NCBI GenBank assembly: GCA_020722095.1
Contig: DYLM01000005.1
Span: forward strand, 1-59,565
Reading direction: 5' to 3'
Source of the DNA: Chloroherpeton thalassium
GTDB lineage: Bacteria; Bacteroidota; Ignavibacteria; Kapaibacteriales; UBA2268
DNA length: 59,565 nucleotides
This document shows, in pieces, positions 37,460 through 47,264 of the stretch. Position numbers and translations under genes: made by a program. How positions within the stretch are numbered: the first letter of the stretch is position 1; each line of letters opens with the position of its first letter. The notes beneath the pieces are model-generated. The model was given only the letters and a program-made list of their open reading frames with translations, was not told the DNA's origin and made no database searches.

Positions 37460-39177
37460 AAAGACAATGATTTGACTGTGTAAATAACTTCTTTACTCAT
37501 CATTTCGGCAAGTGTTTTTATTTCTGTTGCTAATTGATCTGCTAATCCTTTTATATCTTTAGATTTTTCATCTACAGAATATTCCGGATTATCATCCCAA
37601 ACAATTTGATAAACAGAAGATGTAAATTGATCTAAAATATCATACATCGTCGAGCGTGTTTTTCTTGCTTCAGCAGCTTCTGCAAGAGTAGCTACAAGTA
37701 GTTTTTGAAAATCAACATACTCATAACTTTTCTCATCGATCCCAAGAGATTTTCTGATCTCAAGAAGCTTGTTGAAGGACAATTTATCTCCGTCAATTTG
37801 AGATTGATGGAATGATTTATCCAAAAGTTCCATGTGGACTTTAATACCTCCATCTTCATCCACAAACTTATAAGGATATTTCCAAGCATCTTTATTAACA
37901 GAAGTATTTACCAAAAAACAGCTACGTGGTAACTTATTAAGATCAATTTCTGAGGCAGCAATCTGTTTAGCTGTCACACCTGAAAAGGTATCTACTGCTT
38001 TTTGGAAATCAGCCCAAAATTGATTTGACTCATCATTAGACTTTTCATCCAAATCAGCATCCTTTTCAAAATACACCTGCCCAATTTGAGATTCTAATCC
38101 CATGCTTTTTATCAATGAAGCATATCCTTCTTCATCGTGAGCAGGATCAAAATCTGCAAACATTTCATCGAACAACTTTTTGTTCATAGTCACTAAAGCT
38201 ACATCAGAACCAGGGAGTGCTCCAATTGGAACAACACTTACTTCCAGAATATCTCCATCAAAGATATGACGGATATTCTTCTGTAATTTTTCATCCCACA
38301 CTCTGACAGCCTTGGTAAGAAAACCACCAATGCTATATTGCAGCTTATAGTTTTTATTCAATCTGTCAAGCAATTTAGCGACTTGAACATTCCCTGTAGG
38401 ATTAGTCTCTGACCATTCCTTTTCTAAGGCTGTAACAGGAGCAAAAGTATTGGGTCCACCTTCGCTGCGAATTACTTGTCCAATCATATGATCGCTATCT
38501 CTCTTGTGATCTACAAACACAGGGAGATTTTTGCAACTTTCATTCATTTTCCGAATAAAATCCTGATGAATAACATCATTTTGGCGATCAAGCCAAGTCC
38601 CTGATGCAATTCCTTTCAAATATTTTATTCCGTTCTCTTCTGTGACAGATGACTTAGTAAAAGCAATAGGGATGTCAATCCTAAATCTCGCTTGACTATT
38701 ACTTGTGTCTGATTTGAATACTTGAATCAATGGTATCTCCTTAGCTTTTCTATACAAATCAGCTTCAATTGGTTTTAATCTCTTGCGGAAATGCCATTTA
38801 CCACCTTCTTGATAGATGTACTTTTTTATGGCTTTCCAAGTTTTTAATCGTGCTGCCATTGGATCTCTGTGCTTAGAAAACAAACCATTATAAAGTTTGA
38901 CCCAAGCAACTGATAAATTTCCAGGCAATTCAAGAACATCATCTGGAATAATGGTATCAACTTTGGAATTCAATTCCGCAGACAAGAACTTTTTGACCCA
39001 TTTATCTCCTTGTTTTTTATATTTCCTCTTGACGTTTGCCCAGCCAGCAATTCTGGCTTCATCTTCTGTAGCCCCAGCTGACAAAGCAGAATTGAAGGCT
39101 GCCACAAAACGTTTCTGGGCTCCAAGAGGAATATTCTTGATAGCATCTGGAATATTATCCGGAACACTATATGGCAT
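37456..39177 (-). CDS. Prohead serine protease (HK97/S78-like) with two N-terminal ChaB-like domains
   Basis: ChaB unit 1 is MPYSVPDNIPDAIKNIPLGAQKRFVAAFNSAL...AGWANVKRKYKKQGDKWV. Unit 2 is ELPGNLSVAWVKLYNGLF...TWKAIKKYIYQEGGKWH. The protease core is DRQNDVIHQDF...FVDHKRDSDHMIGQV. The start ATG at 39177 follows GGAGG. Confidence 0.65.
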   Translation of the reverse strand: MPYSVPDNIPDAIKNIPLGAQKRFVAAFNSALSAGATEDEARIAGWANVKRKYKKQGDKWVKKFLSAELNSKVDTIIPDDVLELPGNLSVAWVKLYNGLFSKHRDPMAARLKTWKAIKKYIYQEGGKWHFRKRLKPIEADLYRKAKEIPLIQVFKSDTSNSQARFRIDIPIAFTKSSVTEENGIKYLKGIASGTWLDRQNDVIHQDFIRKMNESCKNLPVFVDHKRDSDHMIGQVIRSEGGPNTFAPVTALEKEWSETNPTGNVQVAKLLDRLNKNYKLQYSIGGFLTKAVRVWDEKLQKNIRHIFDGDILEVSVVPIGALPGSDVALVTMNKKLFDEMFADFDPAHDEEGYASLIKSMGLESQIGQVYFEKDADLDEKSNDESNQFWADFQKAVDTFSGVTAKQIAASEIDLNKLPRSCFLVNTSVNKDAWKYPYKFVDEDGGIKVHMELLDKSFHQSQIDGDKLSFNKLLEIRKSLGIDEKSYEYVDFQKLLVATLAEAAEARKTRSTMYDILDQFTSSVYQIVWDDNPEYSVDEKSKDIKGLADQLATEIKTLAEMMSKEVIYTVKSLSL

Positions 39178-39253
39178 GATAACCTCCACGATTAAGATGA
39201 CAATAATATAAAAAGTTTTTCGACTATTCAAAGAAAAAAAATAATTTTTCTCT

Positions 39254-40780
39254 TTAAAGGCGTGATAAAATATATTTGCGTCTCTGTTTTCTTCTATTAT
39301 TATAAATCTTTGTTATTGCTTCATTTATAATTGAAGGTTCAACCCTCTCTAATCCCGTAGGAATAATCCCGCCAGTCATCAATCCAAATGACATCCATTT
39401 TTTAACATCTAATTTTCCATTCTCATCCAACAACTCATTACTATTAACTGGAATAGGAATATTACTATTAGGAAGATTAGAAATTGGTTGCATTTGATTC
39501 AGCAAATAAGGAACATTTCCCCACTCTACAGGCTCCATGCCTAATTGTTGTAAAACCATATTGATAGTAAATACTCCCTGACGTAGATAGATTTCATGTA
39601 TTTGGGCTTCCATTTTTCTATCTATTGCATCAATTCCCTCCCAACTCAAATAAATATCATTATATCCAAAATTCTTATTTGACCATATAGCAAGAGTATT
39701 GAATTGATTAGAAAAAGAAAATAATAAAGGAATCAAAGCATCTTTCTTAAATTGCTCTTCTTGCTGTGAAGAGTTCAATCTGCCTTGATTAACCTCTATT
39801 ACACCAAGAACAAATGGTTGCATATGATACACAGCCATTATTTTAGATAATAACCATCGAGAATAATCTGAAAATTGCATATCTTCATTGGTCATTCCAA
39901 TCTTTTCAAATTTAATAGATCCATGCTCAGAGCCAACCATAATTGGCTTATGTGGCTCTCCTCTCAGTTCTTTATTCCACCATTCTTTAAATCTTTCCAA
40001 TGCTGGACCACCTTGGCCTGCTCCAAGATTTTCAAACAACATAGCAAATCTTGGAGTAGCATCATTGATGAAGCGTTTTATATTAAAATCGCTGGCATAA
40101 AGTTCAGCCGTCACAGTCTGGCGCAAAGATTCCAGCGGAGATAATCCATATACTCTACGTGGACGGGGATATTGCATAAAATAGCACATTTCATCTATAG
40201 CAAAATGAGCTACAGTTTTCCCTCCCATATCTACCTGCCAAAATGCATCATTGAAAGATTTGTATATCCCTTTCTTATCAACATTTTTTCTGATACTATC
40301 TCCACTAACTGCATATAATTCCTCTACTCCATTAGCTCCATTCACCAACTCCATAGAGCCCGCATCCCAAACAAGAATATCTGTATAAATTCCTGTTAAA
40401 ATAGAGGCCAATGATTCTTGAGATTTATTAGGAACTGCCAACAAATTCTCAATAGTCTCTATCCGAAGTTTTTGCTCATCTGTAGGCTTATCTTTTGGAT
40501 TCTTCAGAATAGGCTTCACCAAAGGCTTAACTGCTACTGCCCGTTTAGCAATTTTATCTACACAAGCTCTAACCCAAGAATTGAGTCTATACATATTCTC
40601 CATTGTAGGAAAATCAAGAGCAGATTCCGATACTTTAGTGGGGGCAAAAGCTTTTCCTCCACTCCAAACAAATTCTTTATCATCCGTAATACTACTCTTT
40701 TTATCCGCAGATGAAGTTGATACATCAACTTTCAAAGATTTTATAAAACTTATTCCAGTTCCAGACATTTTTTTCCTCAC
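39254..40780 (-). CDS. Portal protein
   Basis: This 508-aa ORF lies between the large terminase and the protease, and its size and composition look portal-like. Confidence 0.7.
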   Translation of the reverse strand: MRKKMSGTGISFIKSLKVDVSTSSADKKSSITDDKEFVWSGGKAFAPTKVSESALDFPTMENMYRLNSWVRACVDKIAKRAVAVKPLVKPILKNPKDKPTDEQKLRIETIENLLAVPNKSQESLASILTGIYTDILVWDAGSMELVNGANGVEELYAVSGDSIRKNVDKKGIYKSFNDAFWQVDMGGKTVAHFAIDEMCYFMQYPRPRRVYGLSPLESLRQTVTAELYASDFNIKRFINDATPRFAMLFENLGAGQGGPALERFKEWWNKELRGEPHKPIMVGSEHGSIKFEKIGMTNEDMQFSDYSRWLLSKIMAVYHMQPFVLGVIEVNQGRLNSSQQEEQFKKDALIPLLFSFSNQFNTLAIWSNKNFGYNDIYLSWEGIDAIDRKMEAQIHEIYLRQGVFTINMVLQQLGMEPVEWGNVPYLLNQMQPISNLPNSNIPIPVNSNELLDENGKLDVKKWMSFGLMTGGIIPTGLERVEPSIINEAITKIYNNRRKQRRKYILSRL

Positions 40781-41400
40781 TAATTTGGCATTATTTTAGA
40801 GTTGACATAAGATAAAACAATAATTGCAATCCCATGAGAAATTACTTCAGAAAATGATCCTAATAATGTTCTAATTATCAACGATAATGTTAATAATCCT
40901 ATTCCAGATGCAGTAATCACAGATAAAACATTTTCCGGAACAAGTTTTGTAAGTTTACCAAACAAATCAAATTTAGATTTTTTAATCATTAAAGATTCAA
41001 CAGCTTCCTCATCTGCCTTGATGCTATCCGAAAGAATTTTCTTCAGTTTATCGCTTTTCTTTGAATCAGCAATTTCCTTTTTACTTCTAAAAATAACATC
41101 CTCAGCAGGAAAACCAAAAATCCTTTCTGAACACTTAATACATTCACAATCTATAGGGTGTTCATCTTCAAGTATATCAGAAACTGTTAATACAGTATCA
41201 GATTCTGGAATTTTAGTCAAAAATTCGTGTGCTGTGATTATTTCTCTCATTATTTTCCCTTCAGATATACACATTGAATAGATTCTCTTATAATTTTTTA
41301 TTTTTAGCTCTGATGTGATTTCGCCAATAACTATTCTCTCAACTTTATAGCTACAGTTCTTCCAGCTACAAATAATAGCATATAACTCTTCTAAAAGCAA
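40780..41400 (-). CDS. Hypothetical protein with a C-terminal transmembrane segment
   Basis: The C-terminus is VITASGIGLLTLSLIIRTLLG...IAIIVLSYV. The start is uncertain (internal ATGs at MCISEG and MREII). Confidence 0.4.
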   Translation of the reverse strand: MLLEELYAIICSWKNCSYKVERIVIGEITSELKIKNYKRIYSMCISEGKIMREIITAHEFLTKIPESDTVLTVSDILEDEHPIDCECIKCSERIFGFPAEDVIFRSKKEIADSKKSDKLKKILSDSIKADEEAVESLMIKKSKFDLFGKLTKLVPENVLSVITASGIGLLTLSLIIRTLLGSFSEVISHGIAIIVLSYVNSKIMPN

Positions 41401-43145
41401 ATACCAGAAGTTAAAGGAATTTCCTTAATAGCAATAAATGATGAAGCAGTTATAGAATCAGCAACATCTTTTGATCCCTCTTCTGTACCTTCTGTTTCCA
41501 ATCTTTCCCATGAGGATTCTGGATGATCAACTTTGCCTTGTTCTACTTTTATTAATTCCTTGAACTCCCTTATAGCAACAGAATGTTCATACCCTCTAAA
41601 CAAACCAGCATAAAAAAGATTTTTAATAGAATCGTAAGGAGCAGTTGTCTTATCAACAGACAATTCTTCTGACAAAATACCTGACTGAATTAATCTCTGT
41701 ATTTCACCCAAACTGTTCCAGCCATCAAATGTGACTTTATAAATATTAACGCCTTGTTTTCTTACATATAATATTAAATTGGCAATTTCAGAAAATTGTA
41801 CCTCATATCCTGATGGAGCAAATATTTGTAAAGCAAAATCTAAAACTACTCCTTTTCTCTCATCTTTATTTGCATTACCATCTATAATAAATCCCAATTC
41901 TTTCAATTTTTCTATAGATTGCGGATGAGGATTTGGCACCATCATTTCTGGATGTACCATGGCAATACCTACACAATCTCCTCCTGTAGCTATTTTACCT
42001 TTTGCCAAATCTACATGTATAGCACAATATTTCCCCTCCATTTTCTTCCAAAACCAATCTTTAAACTGCAAATTAACTATATTATCAGTTCTTACTATAT
42101 TATTAACAAATGGATTTTCTCCCATTTCTTTCCTAAAGCACCAAGGAATAACAAATTTCTGTTTTATGAATCCACCCCCAACATCCCCTGTATCCTTACA
42201 CTCATATGTCCACTGGGCTTTTTCAGGATTTCTTTGATAATGTCTTAAAAAATTTTGTTTAGGTTTCCTGGGATTGACTTCCCATGTAGCTGCATTAGAA
42301 GAAAAAACTCTGGGATCATTCAATCCTTTTTTGTATTCTATTGTCATAGGACAATTAGCACCATATTTATATGACATCAAAACCAATTTCCCTATTTTAG
42401 GAAATCTTGAATCTAATGTCTCTCTAATAGAAATCAATTGACTACGAACTGTTGCTGCCGGAGATGCTCCAATCTCATCTGCTACAGCCCAAAAAAGATT
42501 TAATCCTTCTCCTGTATATTGCTTACTATTTAAACTATGACAAGTTATTCCAGATGGGAATACGACATATTGTGTTTGTAAATCTTTCCCCTCTCTAATA
42601 TCTACTCCTTGTTCTAAAAAGAAATTTTTTCCTGTAGTAGGATTTATTGTTCTTTTCAATATACTTTTAAAATTCTTGAAGAAAACGTCTCTTGCCTGAT
42701 CTCTATCCTTTGATACATTTATTATATCAATAGGAGAATCAAGCCCAATAGCCCCTTCTCCAAGATATTTTGATAATCCTTTTTGTGGATCATCCATGCA
42801 AAGCAGTTTTACAACAATATAAACCAACATTTTTGCAATGGTTCTATCTTTTCCAGCCCCCTTTCCCCAGTAGCAATGAATTTCATCATAATCTGTATTC
42901 CAAACAAGAGGATTTATTCCACATGCTTTTTCTGCAATTTCTAATTGCAGTGGAAACAATGGTTCGGGAAACCACTTAGAAAAAAATTCCTTTATTGTTG
43001 GGGGTTTTATTTTCCATATTGAATCATATTTGTTTCTTGAAACTTCTTCCTCATATTTAGTAGATTTATTTGATCCAAATGCCTTTAATAACCCTCCAAT
43101 ATATGCCGACCTGGCACTTTCAGCAACTTTTATATCTCTGCTCAT
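41391..43145 (-). CDS. terL: Terminase large subunit
   Basis: The Walker A-like motif is WGKGAGKDRT and the Walker B-like motif is FWAVADEIG. A C-terminal nuclease-like region contains AIHVDLAKG. The protein is 584 aa. Confidence 0.8.
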   Translation of the reverse strand: MSRDIKVAESARSAYIGGLLKAFGSNKSTKYEEEVSRNKYDSIWKIKPPTIKEFFSKWFPEPLFPLQLEIAEKACGINPLVWNTDYDEIHCYWGKGAGKDRTIAKMLVYIVVKLLCMDDPQKGLSKYLGEGAIGLDSPIDIINVSKDRDQARDVFFKNFKSILKRTINPTTGKNFFLEQGVDIREGKDLQTQYVVFPSGITCHSLNSKQYTGEGLNLFWAVADEIGASPAATVRSQLISIRETLDSRFPKIGKLVLMSYKYGANCPMTIEYKKGLNDPRVFSSNAATWEVNPRKPKQNFLRHYQRNPEKAQWTYECKDTGDVGGGFIKQKFVIPWCFRKEMGENPFVNNIVRTDNIVNLQFKDWFWKKMEGKYCAIHVDLAKGKIATGGDCVGIAMVHPEMMVPNPHPQSIEKLKELGFIIDGNANKDERKGVVLDFALQIFAPSGYEVQFSEIANLILYVRKQGVNIYKVTFDGWNSLGEIQRLIQSGILSEELSVDKTTAPYDSIKNLFYAGLFRGYEHSVAIREFKELIKVEQGKVDHPESSWERLETEGTEEGSKDVADSITASSFIAIKEIPLTSGICF

Positions 43146-43152
43146 TATCTTC

Positions 43153-43617
43153 TCACTTCAAAATATTCATTTCTATCACTTTGTTCAGATAATGATTATT
43201 AATTAATAAAAATATTGTAGAAATAATTGCACTAAACAGAGTAAGAATACCAATAATTTTGAAAAACATAGTATTAGTATTTTTTTCTACAGATCTCCCA
43301 ATCACTTCTTTCAAATTTTCTTCATTAGTTATTCCCATACGAGTTATCATGCACTCTGTATGTTCTCTGATTTTAGAATCAATAGGCACATTTATCCTTG
43401 CAGCTAATTTCTGTCCTAAACCATCGTCTAATGATTTTGTTAAATTGCTTACCGATTCAACAAGAGATTTTTGTTGCTCTAATAATTTTTCCAAATTTAT
43501 ATTTAAAGAATTGAAATTAGTCACCATATCTGAATATGCATGAGTCAGACTCATTATTTCTGTCTTAGTTATCCCATCAGCACCCATTTTAGTTGTCATA
43601 AGCATCTCCACAACCAA
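43153..43617 (-). CDS. Hypothetical coiled-coil protein with a C-terminal membrane anchor
   Basis: The hydrophobic tail is FFKIIGILTLFSAIISTIFLLI. Confidence 0.4.
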   Translation of the reverse strand: MVVEMLMTTKMGADGITKTEIMSLTHAYSDMVTNFNSLNINLEKLLEQQKSLVESVSNLTKSLDDGLGQKLAARINVPIDSKIREHTECMITRMGITNEENLKEVIGRSVEKNTNTMFFKIIGILTLFSAIISTIFLLINNHYLNKVIEMNILK

Positions 43618-44040
43618 TTATGTATCATCAATATTTGTGTATTTTCTTCTTATGCTATGACTCAAAGAACTTCCAGCAAATCCCGTAGTGAACCCGCTAT
43701 AGAATAGTGTTAACCATCCCACTATCCTTGTTGGATAAATCATTTGTGCCATAAGAGATTCTAAAATTCCAAAGCCGCATATTATAGTAATCAAAAAAGT
43801 AATTTTATTTTTCTTTAACCAATTTATAACTGATAGATCATTATCAAGTTTATTCTTCTTTATCAGATGAATTATTTGCCCAATAACAAAAGAAGTCAAT
43901 AACACTAATATTTCTAAAAATTCTTGGATTGGGCTCATCACCATACTCCAAGTTGTTACATTATTATATAAAACAAAAATAAATCCGTAAAGAACTTGAT
44001 CCTCTACGGATTTGTGAGAGAAGAAAGAGAAATTAAGCAA
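43618..44040 (-). CDS. Small multi-pass membrane protein (holin-like topology)
   Basis: It has three hydrophobic segments followed by the charged tail SIRRKYTNIDDT. The real start may be an internal Met (MVMSPIQ). Confidence 0.35.
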   Translation of the reverse strand: MLNFSFFSHKSVEDQVLYGFIFVLYNNVTTWSMVMSPIQEFLEILVLLTSFVIGQIIHLIKKNKLDNDLSVINWLKKNKITFLITIICGFGILESLMAQMIYPTRIVGWLTLFYSGFTTGFAGSSLSHSIRRKYTNIDDT

Positions 44041-44463
44041 CTAAATGTCTTTGGCGGGAAACAATCTGCCGACTATAAATGGAATCAATACTTTTTCAAT
44101 CAGCATTTCCATTGCCCTCTCATCCCAAGTTTCAACAATCGTTCCAATAGCAACACCAAGAATACTCCTGAAATTTATCAGATTATCTAATTGTTCAAGC
44201 AATTCGTAATCTTCTTTGTAATGATTCCAAACTGCCATGACAAATTCAAGTTTTGTAATTCCTGATCCAGGCTGACTGAATAATTCTTCTGCCAATTGTA
44301 CAGACGCTTCCAAAAATCTTGCAAGCTCCTGCCAGCGAAATGTTCCGCTAAATAATTCTTCAATTGAAGAATCCAATTGTTTCAATTTTTGATTTAATTG
44401 ATCTTCCCAATCCATGATACCATAGATTATAGCCATTTCTTCGATTGTTCTTCTTGCTTCCAT
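44041..44463 (-). CDS. Hypothetical protein
   Basis: This 140-aa acidic helical ORF is tightly packed against its neighbours. Confidence 0.4.
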   Translation of the reverse strand: MEARRTIEEMAIIYGIMDWEDQLNQKLKQLDSSIEELFSGTFRWQELARFLEASVQLAEELFSQPGSGITKLEFVMAVWNHYKEDYELLEQLDNLINFRSILGVAIGTIVETWDERAMEMLIEKVLIPFIVGRLFPAKDI

Positions 44464-44513
44464 ACGTTCTCCTTAGCCACCAACTGGCAATTTTAATGTT
44501 TAATAATTTTGAA

Positions 44514-44894
44514 TTATAAGACATTATGAGTCTTTTCTATAACTTTTTTGGCCTTTTCCAATATAATTTTCATCATAACATAAAATCTATCAGTGTCATT
44601 CAAATATTTTCTATAAGTTTCATAAATAATTGTATCATCTATAATAACTTTTATTCTTACATTAGTATTTTCTTCATTGCAATGTTGTATATAATAACAA
44701 GAATAACTTGTAGACAATCCGGTCAAAAATGGTGAAGGAATTTCTAAAGAGTGAGCAACATTATCACTTCCACAAGTAAAACACTTAGACATCTTTAAAC
44801 CATCTACAATATTTTTCAATATTGATTCATATTCTTTTGGAATAAGTGATGGTGATTTCTCTAATTCCACTTTTGTTGTAAAATTACTATTCAT
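44514..44894 (-). CDS. Hypothetical Cys-containing protein
   Basis: The preferred start is MNSNFTT at 44894, which overlaps the upstream stop by 8 nt. The track start at 44945 would overlap by 59 nt. Confidence 0.35.
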   Translation of the reverse strand: MNSNFTTKVELEKSPSLIPKEYESILKNIVDGLKMSKCFTCGSDNVAHSLEIPSPFLTGLSTSYSCYYIQHCNEENTNVRIKVIIDDTIIYETYRKYLNDTDRFYVMMKIILEKAKKVIEKTHNVL

Positions 44895-45840
44895 TCTTGA
44901 CTTTTTGTTTATTCTTAAGTTTTGCCAATAACTCACGAGCATCAAATTCTTCTAATTCTTCAGAATATTCCACATCTTCTTCCAAAAATTCTGGCATGAC
45001 TTCTTTGATGGCATCATGTATTGTAACGTATTTCTTGTGCTGTGTTTGTTTCTGTTTTACAATATTATTTCTCACTTTACGCTGAAGTTCTCTTACCACT
45101 TCCATGCGTTTAGAATCTTGCTCCCCTGGAACTCTGGTAAAGCCAGAATTAAGAATCCGATTTTGTACTTCAACAATTCTTGGATCTTTACCAAAATATT
45201 CCATTAATATCCTGCCCCAATTGGCAACTACAGATTCCAATTCGCTAATTGTGATAAAACGTTTTTGACGTTCTTCGTGCTTCGATATTTTTTCAAATAT
45301 TCTGGACATGACTTCTATTAACTGAATTGCTTTGTGAAGTCTTTTTTGCTGAGAAGCAGAATTATATGGAACAATCAAAAATCTTTTTTTCTTTTGTCCA
45401 TTTTGTCTAATCGTCAATTTATCCCCGCAATGTGAACAAATTGGCTTTCCATACATAGTAGAAAGATCTGCAGGAAGTTGTTTCAGCAACTGCTGTATAA
45501 TCAATTTCAGCATTGCATATTCTTGATGTAAAGATGAAAACAATGGATCAGCTTTTATCTCTGCAAGCTCAATTGCCAACGTAGTTGGTAAATATTTTGT
45601 ATATATAGCCCGACTGGCTTCAGTGCTTCTTGCCACATTATTCATTAAACTCAGCCCGCCGTGCAACCAGCACCTACCTTCTCCATAATGAGAAGTACGA
45701 AATCCTGCCTTATTTTTACAATAACCTCTTGGTGTTCTTGCATTACACTTTTCATCTGGTCTTTTTGGTAAAAGACCTAATGGATTTTTATTCATATCAT
45801 TTCTCAAATTTCTCAAATTATTTACCTGAATAATCAACAT
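44887..45840 (-). CDS. Hypothetical DNA-binding-type protein (Cys-rich N-terminus; possible small terminase candidate)
   Basis: Cys-rich segments are CNARTPRGYCKNKAGFRTSHYGEGRCWLHGG and CSHCGDKL, and the C-terminus is basic. No other small-terminase candidate was seen upstream of terL. Confidence 0.25.
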   Translation of the reverse strand: MLIIQVNNLRNLRNDMNKNPLGLLPKRPDEKCNARTPRGYCKNKAGFRTSHYGEGRCWLHGGLSLMNNVARSTEASRAIYTKYLPTTLAIELAEIKADPLFSSLHQEYAMLKLIIQQLLKQLPADLSTMYGKPICSHCGDKLTIRQNGQKKKRFLIVPYNSASQQKRLHKAIQLIEVMSRIFEKISKHEERQKRFITISELESVVANWGRILMEYFGKDPRIVEVQNRILNSGFTRVPGEQDSKRMEVVRELQRKVRNNIVKQKQTQHKKYVTIHDAIKEVMPEFLEEDVEYSEELEEFDARELLAKLKNKQKVKNE

Positions 45841-46459
45841 TTAAAGGACGTGATGGTGGATAATCAGTTGGAGGAGGTTCAAAATCCTGACCAGCACGAT
45901 AAATATACCATCCACCATGGGCAGCAGTGCTATCAGTAGATACATTGGGCTCACTTTCATTGTTGGCCTTATCAATAGCAGTAACAGCATATACGATCTT
46001 TACTATTGAGTCTGGCAAAGAAACAATATTGACATCCTGTATCCAAGTACGTGGTCTGAAGTTAATTGTATCTTTAGGAGTTATATCAACAACATTCCAA
46101 TCTCCATCATTTAAAGAACGATAAAGTCTGAAATGTGTGACCTGTTCATCATTGCCTTTTATATCTTTCCATGAACAATCCCAAAATACAACTAAGGTAT
46201 CTAATTTTTTCAAAGCAACAGAAAAACCTGCTTCTGGATAGATAATAGCACTGGCATCTCTTGCTACACTTGTTGGAATTGTGATATATTTCGTATCTGC
46301 AACAGAAGTTACTCCCATGTTTCCACTTTTAATAACAGTAGATAACGTTGTTTGTTTTTCAGCAGTATTTATATTTGATGCTTTCTGTGGAAAAAATTCT
46401 TTCAAGTTTGCACAGCTCAAAAGAAATAAAACCACTGTGATTAAAATAATTTTTTTCAT
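45818..46459 (-). CDS. Predicted lipoprotein with an FN3-like domain
   Basis: The signal/lipobox is MKKIILITVVLFLLSC. THFRLYRSLNDGDWNVVDITP is fibronectin-III-like. Confidence 0.55.
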   Translation of the reverse strand: MKKIILITVVLFLLSCANLKEFFPQKASNINTAEKQTTLSTVIKSGNMGVTSVADTKYITIPTSVARDASAIIYPEAGFSVALKKLDTLVVFWDCSWKDIKGNDEQVTHFRLYRSLNDGDWNVVDITPKDTINFRPRTWIQDVNIVSLPDSIVKIVYAVTAIDKANNESEPNVSTDSTAAHGGWYIYRAGQDFEPPPTDYPPSRPLNVDYSGK

Positions 46460-46557
46460 AGTTCCTCATAATATTTAATTCGCCACTTAAAATCAAATTT
46501 TTAAAATATATTCTAAAAAAATCATAATTATTATTTTGGTAATTGCCCATATAACAA

Positions 46558-47253
46558 TCAATATTCATAAGGATCAAAATTCAACATCAAATTCCTTACC
46601 TCACCAGCTGACAAAGGCTTTTTAAACAATCTCACTTCGTCTATCATCCCTGTAAAATACCATTGAATATCCCAAGGTATAGTGCCTATTGTAAAAGCAG
46701 AAGCAGTAGAAGCATATTGTATACCATTTATAGAACCTTCCAATATCCCATCTACATATAAAGCAAATGTATGAGATCCCTCCCCATCATAAGTCAATGC
46801 AACATGATGCCAATTTCCATCATCTTTAGCTGATGCAGATCTTATCTCATTTGCACCACTTCCTGTTTGAGTATAAACTTTTCCATTAATATCTAAAGCA
46901 ATCCAAAAAGTTTTCACTCCTGCGGCTGCTGTTCCTATGCCAGCAATAGCATTAAAAGTTAAAGGTGTGCTGGAAGATTTGAACCATGCAGATATTGATC
47001 TTGATTGACCACCAATTGGCACAGTTACATTAGATAAAATATAATCACCAGAACCATCAAAAGTATAACATCCTCCAAATTTACCACCAGAAGAAGCAGC
47101 AGCATTTCCATTTACAGTACTTGTACTACCAGTAGGATAATAACAATTCGCATTTCCATCCAATCTCCAACAACCTGACAAATCGTGAGTTGGAATAACA
47201 GAATAACAAATTGTTCCAATTAAACAAAATGAAATAAAAAAAACCTTTTTCAT
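46558..47253 (-). CDS. Secreted LamG/concanavalin-A-like lectin-fold protein
   Basis: The signal peptide is MKKVFFISFCLIGTICYS. The Laminin_G_3 pattern is FDGSGDYI...SISAWFK...WHHVALTYDG...LYVDG...GMIDEVRLF. Confidence 0.65.
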   Translation of the reverse strand: MKKVFFISFCLIGTICYSVIPTHDLSGCWRLDGNANCYYPTGSTSTVNGNAAASSGGKFGGCYTFDGSGDYILSNVTVPIGGQSRSISAWFKSSSTPLTFNAIAGIGTAAAGVKTFWIALDINGKVYTQTGSGANEIRSASAKDDGNWHHVALTYDGEGSHTFALYVDGILEGSINGIQYASTASAFTIGTIPWDIQWYFTGMIDEVRLFKKPLSAGEVRNLMLNFDPYEY

Positions 47254-47264
47254 AATTCATCCTT

